Counted from the stretch's first letter, positions 8,832-17,502 are shown. The stretch is DNA of 64,000 nt from an uncultured Gammaproteobacteria bacterium (GCA_964371245.1 CAYJKP010000001.1:315042-379041), one strand, 5' to 3'. Program-made: numbers and translations. Notes: a model not told the origin generated them from the letters alone.

Positions 8832-8941
8832 CAAATTGCTCGACCACTTTCGCGGTTCGCTCCGCGAGATTATACCGCTACGTTCACTCGCAACTTCGGC
8901 TAGCCCGAAACGTTGTCCGAAATTTTGTAAATTTTCTATCT

Positions 8942-9298
8942 ATGGAAAAAGGCCGTGAAAATATTATAGACATGCGAGAATGGAAAGCTCGTAAAGCGCG
9001 AGAACTTTTTGGCGATGTGGCGGCAGAGATACGGCGAGGAACATTACAAATACACTTGGTAGATGTATCCTCGCTATTTGCTAAGACTGATGAAATCCTT
9101 CATTATGCGCTTGAAGGGCAAGAGCTAGACCCTGATTCTCCTGACTATCAAACACGTTGTGCTGAAGCAAAAAGGGAAATCTTAGGAAACGCAGATGCTA
9201 TTACTGAAGCTTTACCACAATACCCAGATGTTGACTGCCCGGCTGTACGAGAAAGTCTTAACCTGCTTAAGGATTTCACTGAGCAGATCAGAGAATAG
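8942..9298 (+). CDS. Cassette 2 hypothetical protein
   Basis: 118-aa ORF exactly filling the cassette. Confidence 0.7.
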   Translation: MEKGRENIIDMREWKARKARELFGDVAAEIRRGTLQIHLVDVSSLFAKTDEILHYALEGQELDPDSPDYQTRCAEAKREILGNADAITEALPQYPDVDCPAVRESLNLLKDFTEQIRE

Positions 9299-9315
9299 AA
9301 AATTTACAAAACTCC

Positions 9316-9390
9316 ATACAACAGCGTCTATACGACATCAGCCTTCGCTAAAGCTTCAGCTGACAGTCGTATGAAACGCAAACGTTAAGT
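9316..9390 (+). repeat. attC site 2 (75 bp)
   Basis: ATACAAC-AGCGTCTATACGAC ... GTCGTATGAAACGCAAAC-GTTAAGT. Confidence 0.85.
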
Positions 9391-9460
9391 GACATTTTTG
9401 TGGGCTGGTGTAGATAGCCACTTGCCCGAGGGATCCGCTCCTCTTTTTCACTCAATATAT

Positions 9461-10099
9461 ATGGACAATAGCCAAAAAGCAGTTCACGTATACAACCAAA
9501 TAGCCGAGGACTATGCCAATGTGTTTTCAGAACCCTCTGAACATATCGACGAGTTTTTGGAACTATTACCGACCAATGGAAAGATTTTAGACGTTGGCTG
9601 CGGCAATGGCGTTGATTGTATGTACGTGAAGAACAAGGGTTTCAAAATCGTTGGTGTTGATATGTCAGAAAAGATGCTTGATATCGCAAGAAGCAAATAC
9701 CCTGAAATCGAATTTCGTCTAGGAGATATGCGAAGTCTTCAATTCGATCAAAATGAATTTGATGGCATTATTGCCTCTTGCTCACTTATTCACATTCCTA
9801 AAAAGGACATTCCAAAAACTCTAGGGCAGTTTACACGGTTTCTCAAACACGGTGGTGCAATCTACATCCAATTACAATCTGGAACATCCGAGGAGGTTTT
9901 TGTCGATGAGCCCTTTAAACCAGACGAAAAGCTGTTTGTTAATGTCATTTCACCTGACGAAATCGAACTGCTTTTACACAACGCTGGTTTTAAGATTGTA
10001 CATAAGCATGAAATACAATCACTGAAAAAAGAGGAGCTCGACTATACTCACTTAATCGTCATTGCTCGATATGCCAGCGCCCATAAAAACATCACTTAA
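9461..10099 (+). CDS. Cassette 3: class I SAM-dependent methyltransferase
   Basis: ILDVGCGNG, GVDMSEKML, FDGI, SLIH and LKHGG motifs; stop codon lies in the inverse core TTAAC, as is typical of cassettes. Confidence 0.9.
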   Translation: MDNSQKAVHVYNQIAEDYANVFSEPSEHIDEFLELLPTNGKILDVGCGNGVDCMYVKNKGFKIVGVDMSEKMLDIARSKYPEIEFRLGDMRSLQFDQNEFDGIIASCSLIHIPKKDIPKTLGQFTRFLKHGGAIYIQLQSGTSEEVFVDEPFKPDEKLFVNVISPDEIELLLHNAGFKIVHKHEIQSLKKEELDYTHLIVIARYASAHKNIT

Positions 10100-10156
10100 C
10101 AGCGTCTATCTGCCATGCGCTACCGCGACACAGCAGATGATACGCAAACGTTAATG
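10094..10156 (+). repeat. attC site 3 (63 bp)
   Basis: ACTTAAC-AGCGTCTATCTGC ... GCAGATGATACGCAAAC-GTTAATG; arms homologous to attC2. Confidence 0.85.
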
Positions 10157-10169
10157 AAATGATAATCTT

Positions 10170-10946
10170 ATGGAAAAAGGAATAGACTACATCGGCGTCG
10201 GTTGTTGGGGAATAGTAACCAACGATCAAAATCAGATATTGCTGATCAAAAAGAAAATCAATGACTATTGGGAGCGACCCGGTGGAAATGTTGAGGTCGG
10301 CGAACGGCTCGAGGATTGCATTGTCCGGGAGGTAAAAGAAGAAACTGGCATTGAAGCCAGGGTGGCCGGCTTTGTCATGTTTGAACAGGTATTTTTCGGT
10401 CCGGACAAAAAGCATTGGCTGGCGTTTTGCTACCACCTCGAATATATTTCAGGCGAGATAAAAAATATGGAGCCTGAAAAACATGATGACATAAAGTGGT
10501 TTTCATTTTCAAGTTTGCCAAAAAACCTCAGTCCGCATACAGCTAAGGCCATAAATAAATACTTGAATAAATACACTGGCGTCATAATTGAAGAAAGCCT
10601 TGAGAATACTGACGTTTTGAAAGACGTTACGATACTCAAGACGAAAATCGAGCCAGTCACTGACAGACACAAAACGCCGTGGGTGGCTCAATGGAGTCTG
10701 CTCACTTTTGAAATTCCAAATGACCAGGCGGATATCGTTGCCGAGAAGCTGAGTAAATCACTCGACTCTCAACACAGCTGGTATGCTGACTTTAAAAATC
10801 AGGCGATCCATTATATTATTTTTCGAAATAGAATCTTCAAGATTGATCGAACGAGCAAAGAGCAATATAATGAAGCGAAGCAGTATGGATTATCGCTTGG
10901 CATACCAGATTATCAAGTTGACTTTCATCCAGAAGTTACGAAGTAG
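10170..10946 (+). CDS. NUDIX hydrolase fused to an uncharacterised C-terminal domain
   Basis: Nudix box GGNVEVGERLEDCIVREVKEETGI; second domain begins at YTGVIIEESL. Confidence 0.85.
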   Translation: MEKGIDYIGVGCWGIVTNDQNQILLIKKKINDYWERPGGNVEVGERLEDCIVREVKEETGIEARVAGFVMFEQVFFGPDKKHWLAFCYHLEYISGEIKNMEPEKHDDIKWFSFSSLPKNLSPHTAKAINKYLNKYTGVIIEESLENTDVLKDVTILKTKIEPVTDRHKTPWVAQWSLLTFEIPNDQADIVAEKLSKSLDSQHSWYADFKNQAIHYIIFRNRIFKIDRTSKEQYNEAKQYGLSLGIPDYQVDFHPEVTK

Positions 10947-10961
10947 GAAAGATAATATTAT

Positions 10962-11534
10962 ATGCCAGACCAAAACGCACTAATTAAAAAGACCCGCGAG
11001 TTTGTAAAGAAAGCGTTTCAGGATAATCCGCACTACAGTTTCAACCACTGGTCAGTGATGTACAACCACAGCGTCAATGTTCAGAAGCTGGCTCTGAAAA
11101 TTGCCGACGAAATCCATTGTGACAAAGCGGTCGTGGCAATCAGCGCCCTGTTGCACGATATCGGCAAAACCTATCAAGCCGATGAGATGACGCTGCACCA
11201 CAAACACGAGAATTTTAACCTGACGATGGCTGAGGGTTTTCTCAACCAGCTGGGTCTGCCTGATAATACATTGCGCGCGATCCGTGAAAACATATCGTAC
11301 CAGTCTAATTCGACAGAGATGAAAGTGGTAGATGATGCCGACGCGCTCGCGTTCTACCAGGACAAAACACTCCATATGCTATGGATCGCCTGGGCGAGCG
11401 AACGCCAGATGGAGGCTGACATTGAAAAGAAGCTCAATAAATACGAACGCCTCAATTTCGATATCAGCCGGCGTTTAGGAAAACCGTGGCTCGAGCAGAC
11501 CAAAAAAGACTGGGAGGCGTATCGGAATACTTAA
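10962..11534 (+). CDS. HD-domain phosphohydrolase
   Basis: H..V...ALLHDIGK...DADAL. Confidence 0.85.
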   Translation: MPDQNALIKKTREFVKKAFQDNPHYSFNHWSVMYNHSVNVQKLALKIADEIHCDKAVVAISALLHDIGKTYQADEMTLHHKHENFNLTMAEGFLNQLGLPDNTLRAIRENISYQSNSTEMKVVDDADALAFYQDKTLHMLWIAWASERQMEADIEKKLNKYERLNFDISRRLGKPWLEQTKKDWEAYRNT

Positions 11535-11557
11535 TTACTTGGTTTGGTACTAATAAA

Positions 11558-12127
11558 ATGCCAAAAACATTGCTGATCATAATTTCGGGCAAGCCCGGCA
11601 CGGGCAAGACAACCCTGGGCAAGAAAATCGCCAAAGAATTCCATTTGCCGTATGTCGGCAAAGACGTCATCAAGGAATCCCTGTTTGACGACCTGGGCTG
11701 GAGCAACCGCGAGTGGTCGAGAAAGGTAGGCGTGGCGACGTACAGCATTTTGCACTACTTCATTGAGTCGCTATTATCAGCCGGCGTGTCATTCATCGCC
11801 GAAAGCAACTTCAAACCAGAATTTGAAAACGAGAAGTTCCTAGCGCTGAAGAAAAAATACGGTTTCGAGCCGTTTCAGATCATGTGCGAAACTAAGGGAG
11901 AGGTATTGTTTGAACGGTTTAAGGCGCGTACGGCGTCAGGCGAGCGCCATCCCGGTCACGTGGACCATTTAAATCTGGATGAGTTCAGGGCCATGCTGCT
12001 GACGGGCGACCACGAAAGCCTGGATATCGGCGGCCAGGTTTACCGTCTTGATACCACCGATTTTAAGTCGATTGATTACAAAAAATTATACCGTATGATT
12101 AGATCGGTAACGTCAACGCTTGCTTGA
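11558..12127 (+). CDS. P-loop nucleotide kinase-like protein (AAA_33-like)
   Basis: IIISGKPGTGKTT, D.IKE, R...R..SGERHPGH. Confidence 0.85.
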   Translation: MPKTLLIIISGKPGTGKTTLGKKIAKEFHLPYVGKDVIKESLFDDLGWSNREWSRKVGVATYSILHYFIESLLSAGVSFIAESNFKPEFENEKFLALKKKYGFEPFQIMCETKGEVLFERFKARTASGERHPGHVDHLNLDEFRAMLLTGDHESLDIGGQVYRLDTTDFKSIDYKKLYRMIRSVTSTLA

Positions 12128-12189
12128 TTTGGGAAACGGTTCTAGTATAAGAAAGCGATAAATTATTAACTATTTTAGGAGATAATCAT

Positions 12190-12408
12190 ATGATGAATTA
12201 TGGCTTCGCACCGGTTGGCTTGATTTTCATGCTTCTGTTTTGGGTCCTGGTGATTTTTGGCATTGCCGCTCTGGCCAAATGGCTGGCCGGCCAAAATAAA
12301 GGCGACCGCAACAGCGACAAATCAGCCCTGGATATCCTCAAAGAGCGCTACGCAAAAGGCGAGATTAAGAAAAAGGAATTTGAAGAAAAGAAAAAGGATT
12401 TGCGTTAA
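12190..12408 (+). CDS. SHOCT-domain membrane protein
   Basis: One transmembrane helix, then [21 protein letters not shown]. Confidence 0.85.
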   Translation: MMNYGFAPVGLIFMLLFWVLVIFGIAALAKWLAGQNKGDRNSDKSALDILKERYAKGEIKKKEFEEKKKDLR

Positions 12409-12432
12409 AAAATTGTAACCCAGCTGCTTATG

Positions 12433-12459
12433 AAAAACCCGCCTTGATAGCGGGTTTTT
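12433..12459. terminator. Bidirectional intrinsic terminator
   Basis: AAAAACCCGC-N7-GCGGGTTTTT between convergent genes. Confidence 0.8.
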
Positions 12460-12475
12460 ATATAGCTCGCAAATA

Positions 12476-13939
12476 TTATTTCTTCAGCGGGTCATGTTTC
12501 GAGAGAACCTCAGTCTTGTCGTTGAACCCGTCTTCGTCCGTATCAGCCTTCATCGGGCTGGTACCGAGCTCGCGCTCGCGCTGGTTGGTGAGGCCGTCGC
12601 CGTCGCTGTCCTGGTCAAATTCCGCGAGGGTTGACTCGACGTCATCAGGCACCGGCCAGGTTTTCGGAAAGATATAGACAGTGAACTGGATATCATCGCG
12701 GATCCCGATTTTCAAGCCGTCATCGCAGGTGTATTGGGCGGCGTAGATGTCGGCCAGGCCCGCTTGTTTGAAGTAGTTTACCTGGCAGAAGTCTTTCGTA
12801 TTTGACGTGTTTTCATATTTGCCGTAGGTATAGTGGTCGGTATAAAAGGTGAACAGGATTTTATCGCTCGGTTTAAACGCACCGATGTATGATGGCGTGA
12901 ATTTACCCGTGACAATTACCTCAGGGTTCGTGCAGTCGCCGTGGAAACGGCCCAGGTCTTTTGAAGCGTCGCCGACCTGCGCGACCACCCGCATGCCCGC
13001 GGCCGAGCAGTACCAATTCGGGTCGACGAAGAGAGCGCCCTCTGGAACGTGCGCGTACCAATCATTTTCATCCACCAGGATCGGCGGTACGGGCTCGATG
13101 ACGATCGGGGCGTTAACGTTCTGATTGGCGTTGGAATTTTGATTCGCGTTCCCGTTGAGATTTACATTGAGGTTCGGCGGCACATTCGTATTGCCGTTCA
13201 GGTTTGCGTTAGGCTGGTTGGTATTCAGGTTGGCATTGCCGTTTTCATTTTCATTCCCCGAGTTTGTGTTGAGATTGATATTCAGGTTCGTATTCTCGTT
13301 CGCGTTGGCATTGGCGTTTTCATTACCGGCGTTCGTGTTTAGGTTACTATTGAGATTACCGTTGTCAATAATCACATTGAGATTCTGATTGGTATTTTCG
13401 TTTCCATTGACGTTGATAATAACGGGTTCGCTCGCATTCGTGTTTATATTCTCATTGTCGGTGTTGCCGGTATCGTTCAGATTCGACCAGACCGGCTCGT
13501 CGCCGTTAACGTTCAAATTCGTATTGTCATTTGCGTTCGCGTTCCTGTTATCATCCGGGATAATCACGCCGCCGATTCCGGAGAAGTCGGGCACCGGCAA
13601 ATCCTTGAGCTCGTCAGCGGCATACTCGTGCTTTTGCAGGGCCTGGAGTTCGCTGGCTGACACCTGTTTGACTGGTAACCAGTCTTCGGCCAGGTATTTA
13701 AAAAAGCCGACCACTGATTTCTGTTCAGCTACTTCCTCGATAATGTCAGTTCCATTATTTTGCGATTGATTTTTTGGGTTATTCGTTGGCTGAATGGTCG
13801 TGTTTTGATTTACATCCGTGCCGCGAAAATAAACAACCGCCTGCCAGGATATGACGGCGATCAAGATAACAGCTGCGCCAATAACGAGGCCAGTAAGGAC
13901 GGCGATACCGAGCTCGTTGAATTTTTGCCTTCTACTCAT
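12476..13939 (-). CDS. Membrane-anchored Asn-rich surface protein with C-terminal Ca-binding DxDxDG repeats
   Basis: N-terminal transmembrane helix; long N-x-N low-complexity stalk; DQDSDGDGL..E...GT.P...DTDEDG. Confidence 0.8.
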   Translation of the reverse strand: MSRRQKFNELGIAVLTGLVIGAAVILIAVISWQAVVYFRGTDVNQNTTIQPTNNPKNQSQNNGTDIIEEVAEQKSVVGFFKYLAEDWLPVKQVSASELQALQKHEYAADELKDLPVPDFSGIGGVIIPDDNRNANANDNTNLNVNGDEPVWSNLNDTGNTDNENINTNASEPVIINVNGNENTNQNLNVIIDNGNLNSNLNTNAGNENANANANENTNLNINLNTNSGNENENGNANLNTNQPNANLNGNTNVPPNLNVNLNGNANQNSNANQNVNAPIVIEPVPPILVDENDWYAHVPEGALFVDPNWYCSAAGMRVVAQVGDASKDLGRFHGDCTNPEVIVTGKFTPSYIGAFKPSDKILFTFYTDHYTYGKYENTSNTKDFCQVNYFKQAGLADIYAAQYTCDDGLKIGIRDDIQFTVYIFPKTWPVPDDVESTLAEFDQDSDGDGLTNQRERELGTSPMKADTDEDGFNDKTEVLSKHDPLKK

Positions 13940-13999
13940 ACGGGTGATGTTTAATAAATACTCTTTAACTCAATATACCACGGGCGCATTGTAACTGAC

Positions 14000-14090
14000 C
14001 AGGATTAAATTCAAAATTCAAAAGGTAAAATTATTGTACCCGCTAACGGCGGGATTCTATCATTTTTAATTGTTAATTTTGAATTTCCTG
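14000..14090. repeat. AT-rich heptad palindromic repeat, copy A
   Basis: AAATTCAAAATT...CCCGC-N5-GCGGG...AATTTTGAATTT. Confidence 0.7.
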
Positions 14091-14207
14091 TATTCACATT
14101 AATTAAAAATAAAACGGACAGCCCTTGTGCGGACGGATGTCCGTACGAGGCTGCCCGGCCGGCGTGGCTACCCTAGGCGGGTGTCAGCCGGCGGCCGTGG
14201 TGGAAGA

Positions 14208-14996
14208 TCAGGCCCGCGTCATGCCGTTGAAGTTCGGCTTGATGACGTGGTACCGTCCCTGCCAGGCCGCGTTGGTCGTGAGAGCGATCTGCGCCATGGT
14301 TCCGACGTACTGGCCGTTCGCGATGTTGGCCACGTCGGTGTTCTGCCCCGCCGTAACCGCGAAGTCGTCGCAGGTGTTGGCGGTGGTGCTCATCGGGATC
14401 GAGTTCTCGTCGTTCTTGTAGGTACGGGTCGTCGTCGTGTTCGCGTTCTGTTCGCGGGCATCGGCGGCGGTCTTCGTGTCGGTGATCAGGGCGGCGTCGG
14501 TCTGCGCGTTGGATCTGTTTTGCGCCTCCTGCCGTGTCGAAGTAGCGACCAGCGGGTTACCCGAGAAGCCGACCTCGAAGGAAGAAGGAACGGAAGCCAG
14601 GGTGCCGGCAAGGAAGGTCGCGTTGGCTCTGCCCTCGCTTCCTACCGTGACCGCGATGGTCTGCTTCGCGATCCAGCTCGATTCCTCAGCGGTGTTGTTG
14701 TTGATCGTCAGCTCGTTCTCGGCATAGGTCTTGCTCGTGGTAGCCGTGAACTGGTCCACCCTACCCGCGGCCTCGCAGGTAATACCGGTGGAAGTGCTGA
14801 TGATGGTCTCGCTGCTGACGGCGTCGGCGGTCGATGTGCCGGCGGTCAGCGCGTCCGGGGCGATGGTCACGACCTGCGCGTCATTGTCGAACACCTGCGG
14901 GCTGATGGCCGTATTGGTGTTGGCGCTGCAGAACGTGGCCGGGATCAGGAACACAACCGCGAACAGTGCGAGTATCCAGAACTGCGTTCTCCTCAT
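14208..14996 (-). CDS. Secreted Thr/Ala-rich hypothetical protein
   Basis: GGAGGG ribosome-binding site before ATG 14996; signal peptide MRRTQFWILALFAVVFLIPATFCSA; GC-rich. Confidence 0.7.
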   Translation of the reverse strand: MRRTQFWILALFAVVFLIPATFCSANTNTAISPQVFDNDAQVVTIAPDALTAGTSTADAVSSETIISTSTGITCEAAGRVDQFTATTSKTYAENELTINNNTAEESSWIAKQTIAVTVGSEGRANATFLAGTLASVPSSFEVGFSGNPLVATSTRQEAQNRSNAQTDAALITDTKTAADAREQNANTTTTRTYKNDENSIPMSTTANTCDDFAVTAGQNTDVANIANGQYVGTMAQIALTTNAAWQGRYHVIKPNFNGMTRA

Positions 14997-15282
14997 GGGG
15001 AATCCCTCCAAGAGGTGACGGTCACTACAATCAGCGTGTTTAAGCACCGATGTCGTGTGTTACGCTTGGTCCTTTCGCGGGTCCTCCAATTCCCGAAAGG
15101 GTGTTGCCGTCGCAGAAACGACGGATTAGCGGGCATTGATACAAAACACTCTACTATAAGAATATCGACAAATTAAAGAGAAATCAAGTTTTTGTCAAGA
15201 CTTTTTTGATGCCGCCGGCATTTTACTTTCTTTTTCCGGCGTTTTTGATACAATGAAGGCAATAATACGTCATAATAATACT

Positions 15283-16080
15283 ATGGAAACACCAACCACT
15301 ACCGCCTTCGTCCAACCTGACACGCGCTTTCGGCGGTTGCGCACGTTTAATCTGGCCATGTTCGTTCTCCACCTCGGCCAGGGGATCGCGATGCTTATTT
15401 TGAGCAATGATTTCAGTGTGCCAGTCACGACCGCCTTTGTTGAATACAGCCGATCAGCCGGGAAGCTTGAGCCGGTACTCAACCAAATATTCAGTCTTAA
15501 ACTCGGTCCGTTGGTCGCCGGTTTTTTGTTTCTCTCGGCCTTGGCCCATCTCATGATCTCACTGCCACGGATCTACGACTGGTACGTCGCCAATTTGAAG
15601 CGCGGCCTGAACCTGGCGCGCTGGATCGAGTATGCCTTTAGCTCCTCGATCATGATTGTCGTCATCTCTATGCTGGTCGGAATGTACGATGGCATCAGCC
15701 TTATGTTCGCGTTTTTTCTTAACATGATGATGATTTTATTCGGCTGGGTGATGGAAGTGCACAATCAAACAACCCAGAAGACTAATTGGACGTCATATAT
15801 CTTCGGCTGTATCGCCGGCGCGATCCCGTGGGTGGGTGTTGCGCTCTATCTGTTTTTGTCAGGCAGCGGCAATGCCAAAGCGCCGACATTTGTCTATTGG
15901 ATTTTCTTTTCTATCTTTCTGTTTTTCAATGTCTTCGCAATAAACATGATTCTCCAGTATAAGAAAGTCGGGCCGTGGCGCGATTATCTCTATGGCGAGC
16001 GTGCCTATATCATCCTCAGCCTGGTAGCAAAGTCATTGCTCGCCTGGCAGGTCTGGGCCGGAACATTGCGGCCGGTATAA
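15283..16080 (+). CDS. Heliorhodopsin
   Basis: Seven transmembrane helices; N....LH..Q, AH, RWIEY counterion and LSLVAKSLLAWQ retinal-binding Lys motifs. Confidence 0.95.
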   Translation: METPTTTAFVQPDTRFRRLRTFNLAMFVLHLGQGIAMLILSNDFSVPVTTAFVEYSRSAGKLEPVLNQIFSLKLGPLVAGFLFLSALAHLMISLPRIYDWYVANLKRGLNLARWIEYAFSSSIMIVVISMLVGMYDGISLMFAFFLNMMMILFGWVMEVHNQTTQKTNWTSYIFGCIAGAIPWVGVALYLFLSGSGNAKAPTFVYWIFFSIFLFFNVFAINMILQYKKVGPWRDYLYGERAYIILSLVAKSLLAWQVWAGTLRPV

Positions 16081-16085
16081 TAAGC

Positions 16086-16150
16086 AATTAAGAATTCAAA
16101 ATTAAGAATTAAAAATGTCGGTAGGCGACTGCGTCGCTAGAATAATATTT
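16086..16150. repeat. AT-rich heptad palindromic repeat, copy B (partial)
   Basis: AATTAAGAATTCAAAATTAAGAATT..AATGTCGGTA-GCGAC-TGC-GTCGC. Confidence 0.6.
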
Positions 16151-16177
16151 AGTACGATTATTAGTTAAGCCTTTTTT

Positions 16178-16666
16178 ATGGAAACACCCGCCGAACAAAA
16201 ACCCGTGAATCCGAGTAGCCGGCCAGTAACGCCAATCTGGTTTTTCCTCCTTATCATTATTGGACTAATTATTGTAATAGCCTTTGGTTATCTCGCCTAC
16301 ACAACAATTAATAGTAATGAAAATACAGAAGCAATTCACGTTGTGGCAAAAGTCAATAAATTAGAAGGAATTCCGAATGCCGAGGCTATCATCAAGGCGT
16401 GTCACCTGAAAAGATTTAATGCGCCGCGCTATGATCCTGTTCAAGTAGAATCACGCCCTGACGGGAAAATCAGGGTGATGTATCCTTGCTGTGACCTGCC
16501 TTATTATATCCTTGATTCAAATGCCGAATACCTATGCGATATAGGCGGTATGCCAAAACACATACCATACCCAGACGAATGTCCTGATTCGATTGCCATA
16601 TATGATAATGGAACATATATTGATTGTTCAACCTATAATACCAAAACAACTCCATTTTATCCCTAA
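16178..16666 (+). CDS. Single-pass membrane protein with a Cys-rich extracellular domain
   Basis: Transmembrane helix at residues ~20-42; six Cys, including PCCDLP...YLC..GG. Confidence 0.7.
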   Translation: METPAEQKPVNPSSRPVTPIWFFLLIIIGLIIVIAFGYLAYTTINSNENTEAIHVVAKVNKLEGIPNAEAIIKACHLKRFNAPRYDPVQVESRPDGKIRVMYPCCDLPYYILDSNAEYLCDIGGMPKHIPYPDECPDSIAIYDNGTYIDCSTYNTKTTPFYP

Positions 16667-16752
16667 TAACATTATTTTATAGCATAGACAACGAAGTCAT
16701 AGAAAAACCACGACAGTAAAACATTTGGATTATTAATTAGATACAAATTTGT

Positions 16753-17502
16753 ATGGAAACACCAGTTGAACAAAAACCCGTTGGCTCAGTAGAGCAGCCA
16801 GTTAAGCCAATTGAAAAACCAACGAAGAAACATCACCGTCTCCGCACGACGCTGATCGTCTTGGCTATTATCATTGTTGTGTTCGGAGTTGGCATCGCCG
16901 CCACCGGACTGATTACAATACCGGGTCTCTCCGATATCCTCGGTACCAATACGCCAAAAGACCTGGGCATAAAAGCCAGCCAGGAGGCGTTGACCAGTTT
17001 GGAAAAGAAAATGCCGGTGACGATTGAGGGCAGCGCGGCGGAATTATGCCTGGCCTGCAACCAGACGTATTCGGGCGTGGTTTCAGTTACCGCCAACCGT
17101 ACGTCCGAAGAGATGACTTCCTTTCTCAAGCTCTGGCCGCGCCAGGAAGATGATATTTTAAAGAATACTCAGGTAAAATTTATTGACGGCGGTCTAGAAA
17201 TATCAACTAAGCTGAATAAATATATTCAAGCGCCCGTCTACGTGAAGGTGTTGGTCGAGCGAACGTCAAATAAAACCGTACGCCTTAATATCACCCAGGG
17301 CAAGATCGGCATTTTCAACGTGCCGGAAAAATACCTCCGCCAGGCGAACGACTTTTTCCAGGACCTTGTAAATAACCGCCTAGCCGATGTGACCGGCTTT
17401 TCCATGGACCAGCTTGAATATCACAATGGGTACTCGACATTTTCCGGTACCTATCCAGCAGTGGTAAAGCCGGCGGCAGGAAAGTGGACGGAAGCGTTTT
17501 AA
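16753..17502 (+). CDS. Single-pass membrane hypothetical protein
   Basis: N-terminal transmembrane helix followed by a 200-aa soluble domain. Confidence 0.75.
   Translation: METPVEQKPVGSVEQPVKPIEKPTKKHHRLRTTLIVLAIIIVVFGVGIAATGLITIPGLSDILGTNTPKDLGIKASQEALTSLEKKMPVTIEGSAAELCLACNQTYSGVVSVTANRTSEEMTSFLKLWPRQEDDILKNTQVKFIDGGLEISTKLNKYIQAPVYVKVLVERTSNKTVRLNITQGKIGIFNVPEKYLRQANDFFQDLVNNRLADVTGFSMDQLEYHNGYSTFSGTYPAVVKPAAGKWTEAF

Larger units (their letters stand above)
8359..8918 (+). repeat. attC site 1, interrupted by an insertion (105 bp when reconstructed)
   Basis: Left arm GCCTAACACGGGCTAGCC (8359-8376) pairs with right arm CGGCTAGCCCGAAACGTTGTCC (8897-8918). Confidence 0.8.
7887..10156 (+). 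mobile_element. Integron gene-cassette array with no integrase in the window (CALIN-like); three complete cassettes and the start of a fourth
   Basis: Three AAC...GTT imperfect palindromes after co-oriented short ORFs; each cassette's inverse core matches its own upstream core site. Confidence 0.85.

Noticed and set aside
14127-15176. 349-aa plus-strand ORF and other long antisense ORFs (57389-58462, 55952-56713, 59940-60689, 2157-2900)
   Set aside because: Shadow frames opposite well-supported genes, with no recognisable motifs
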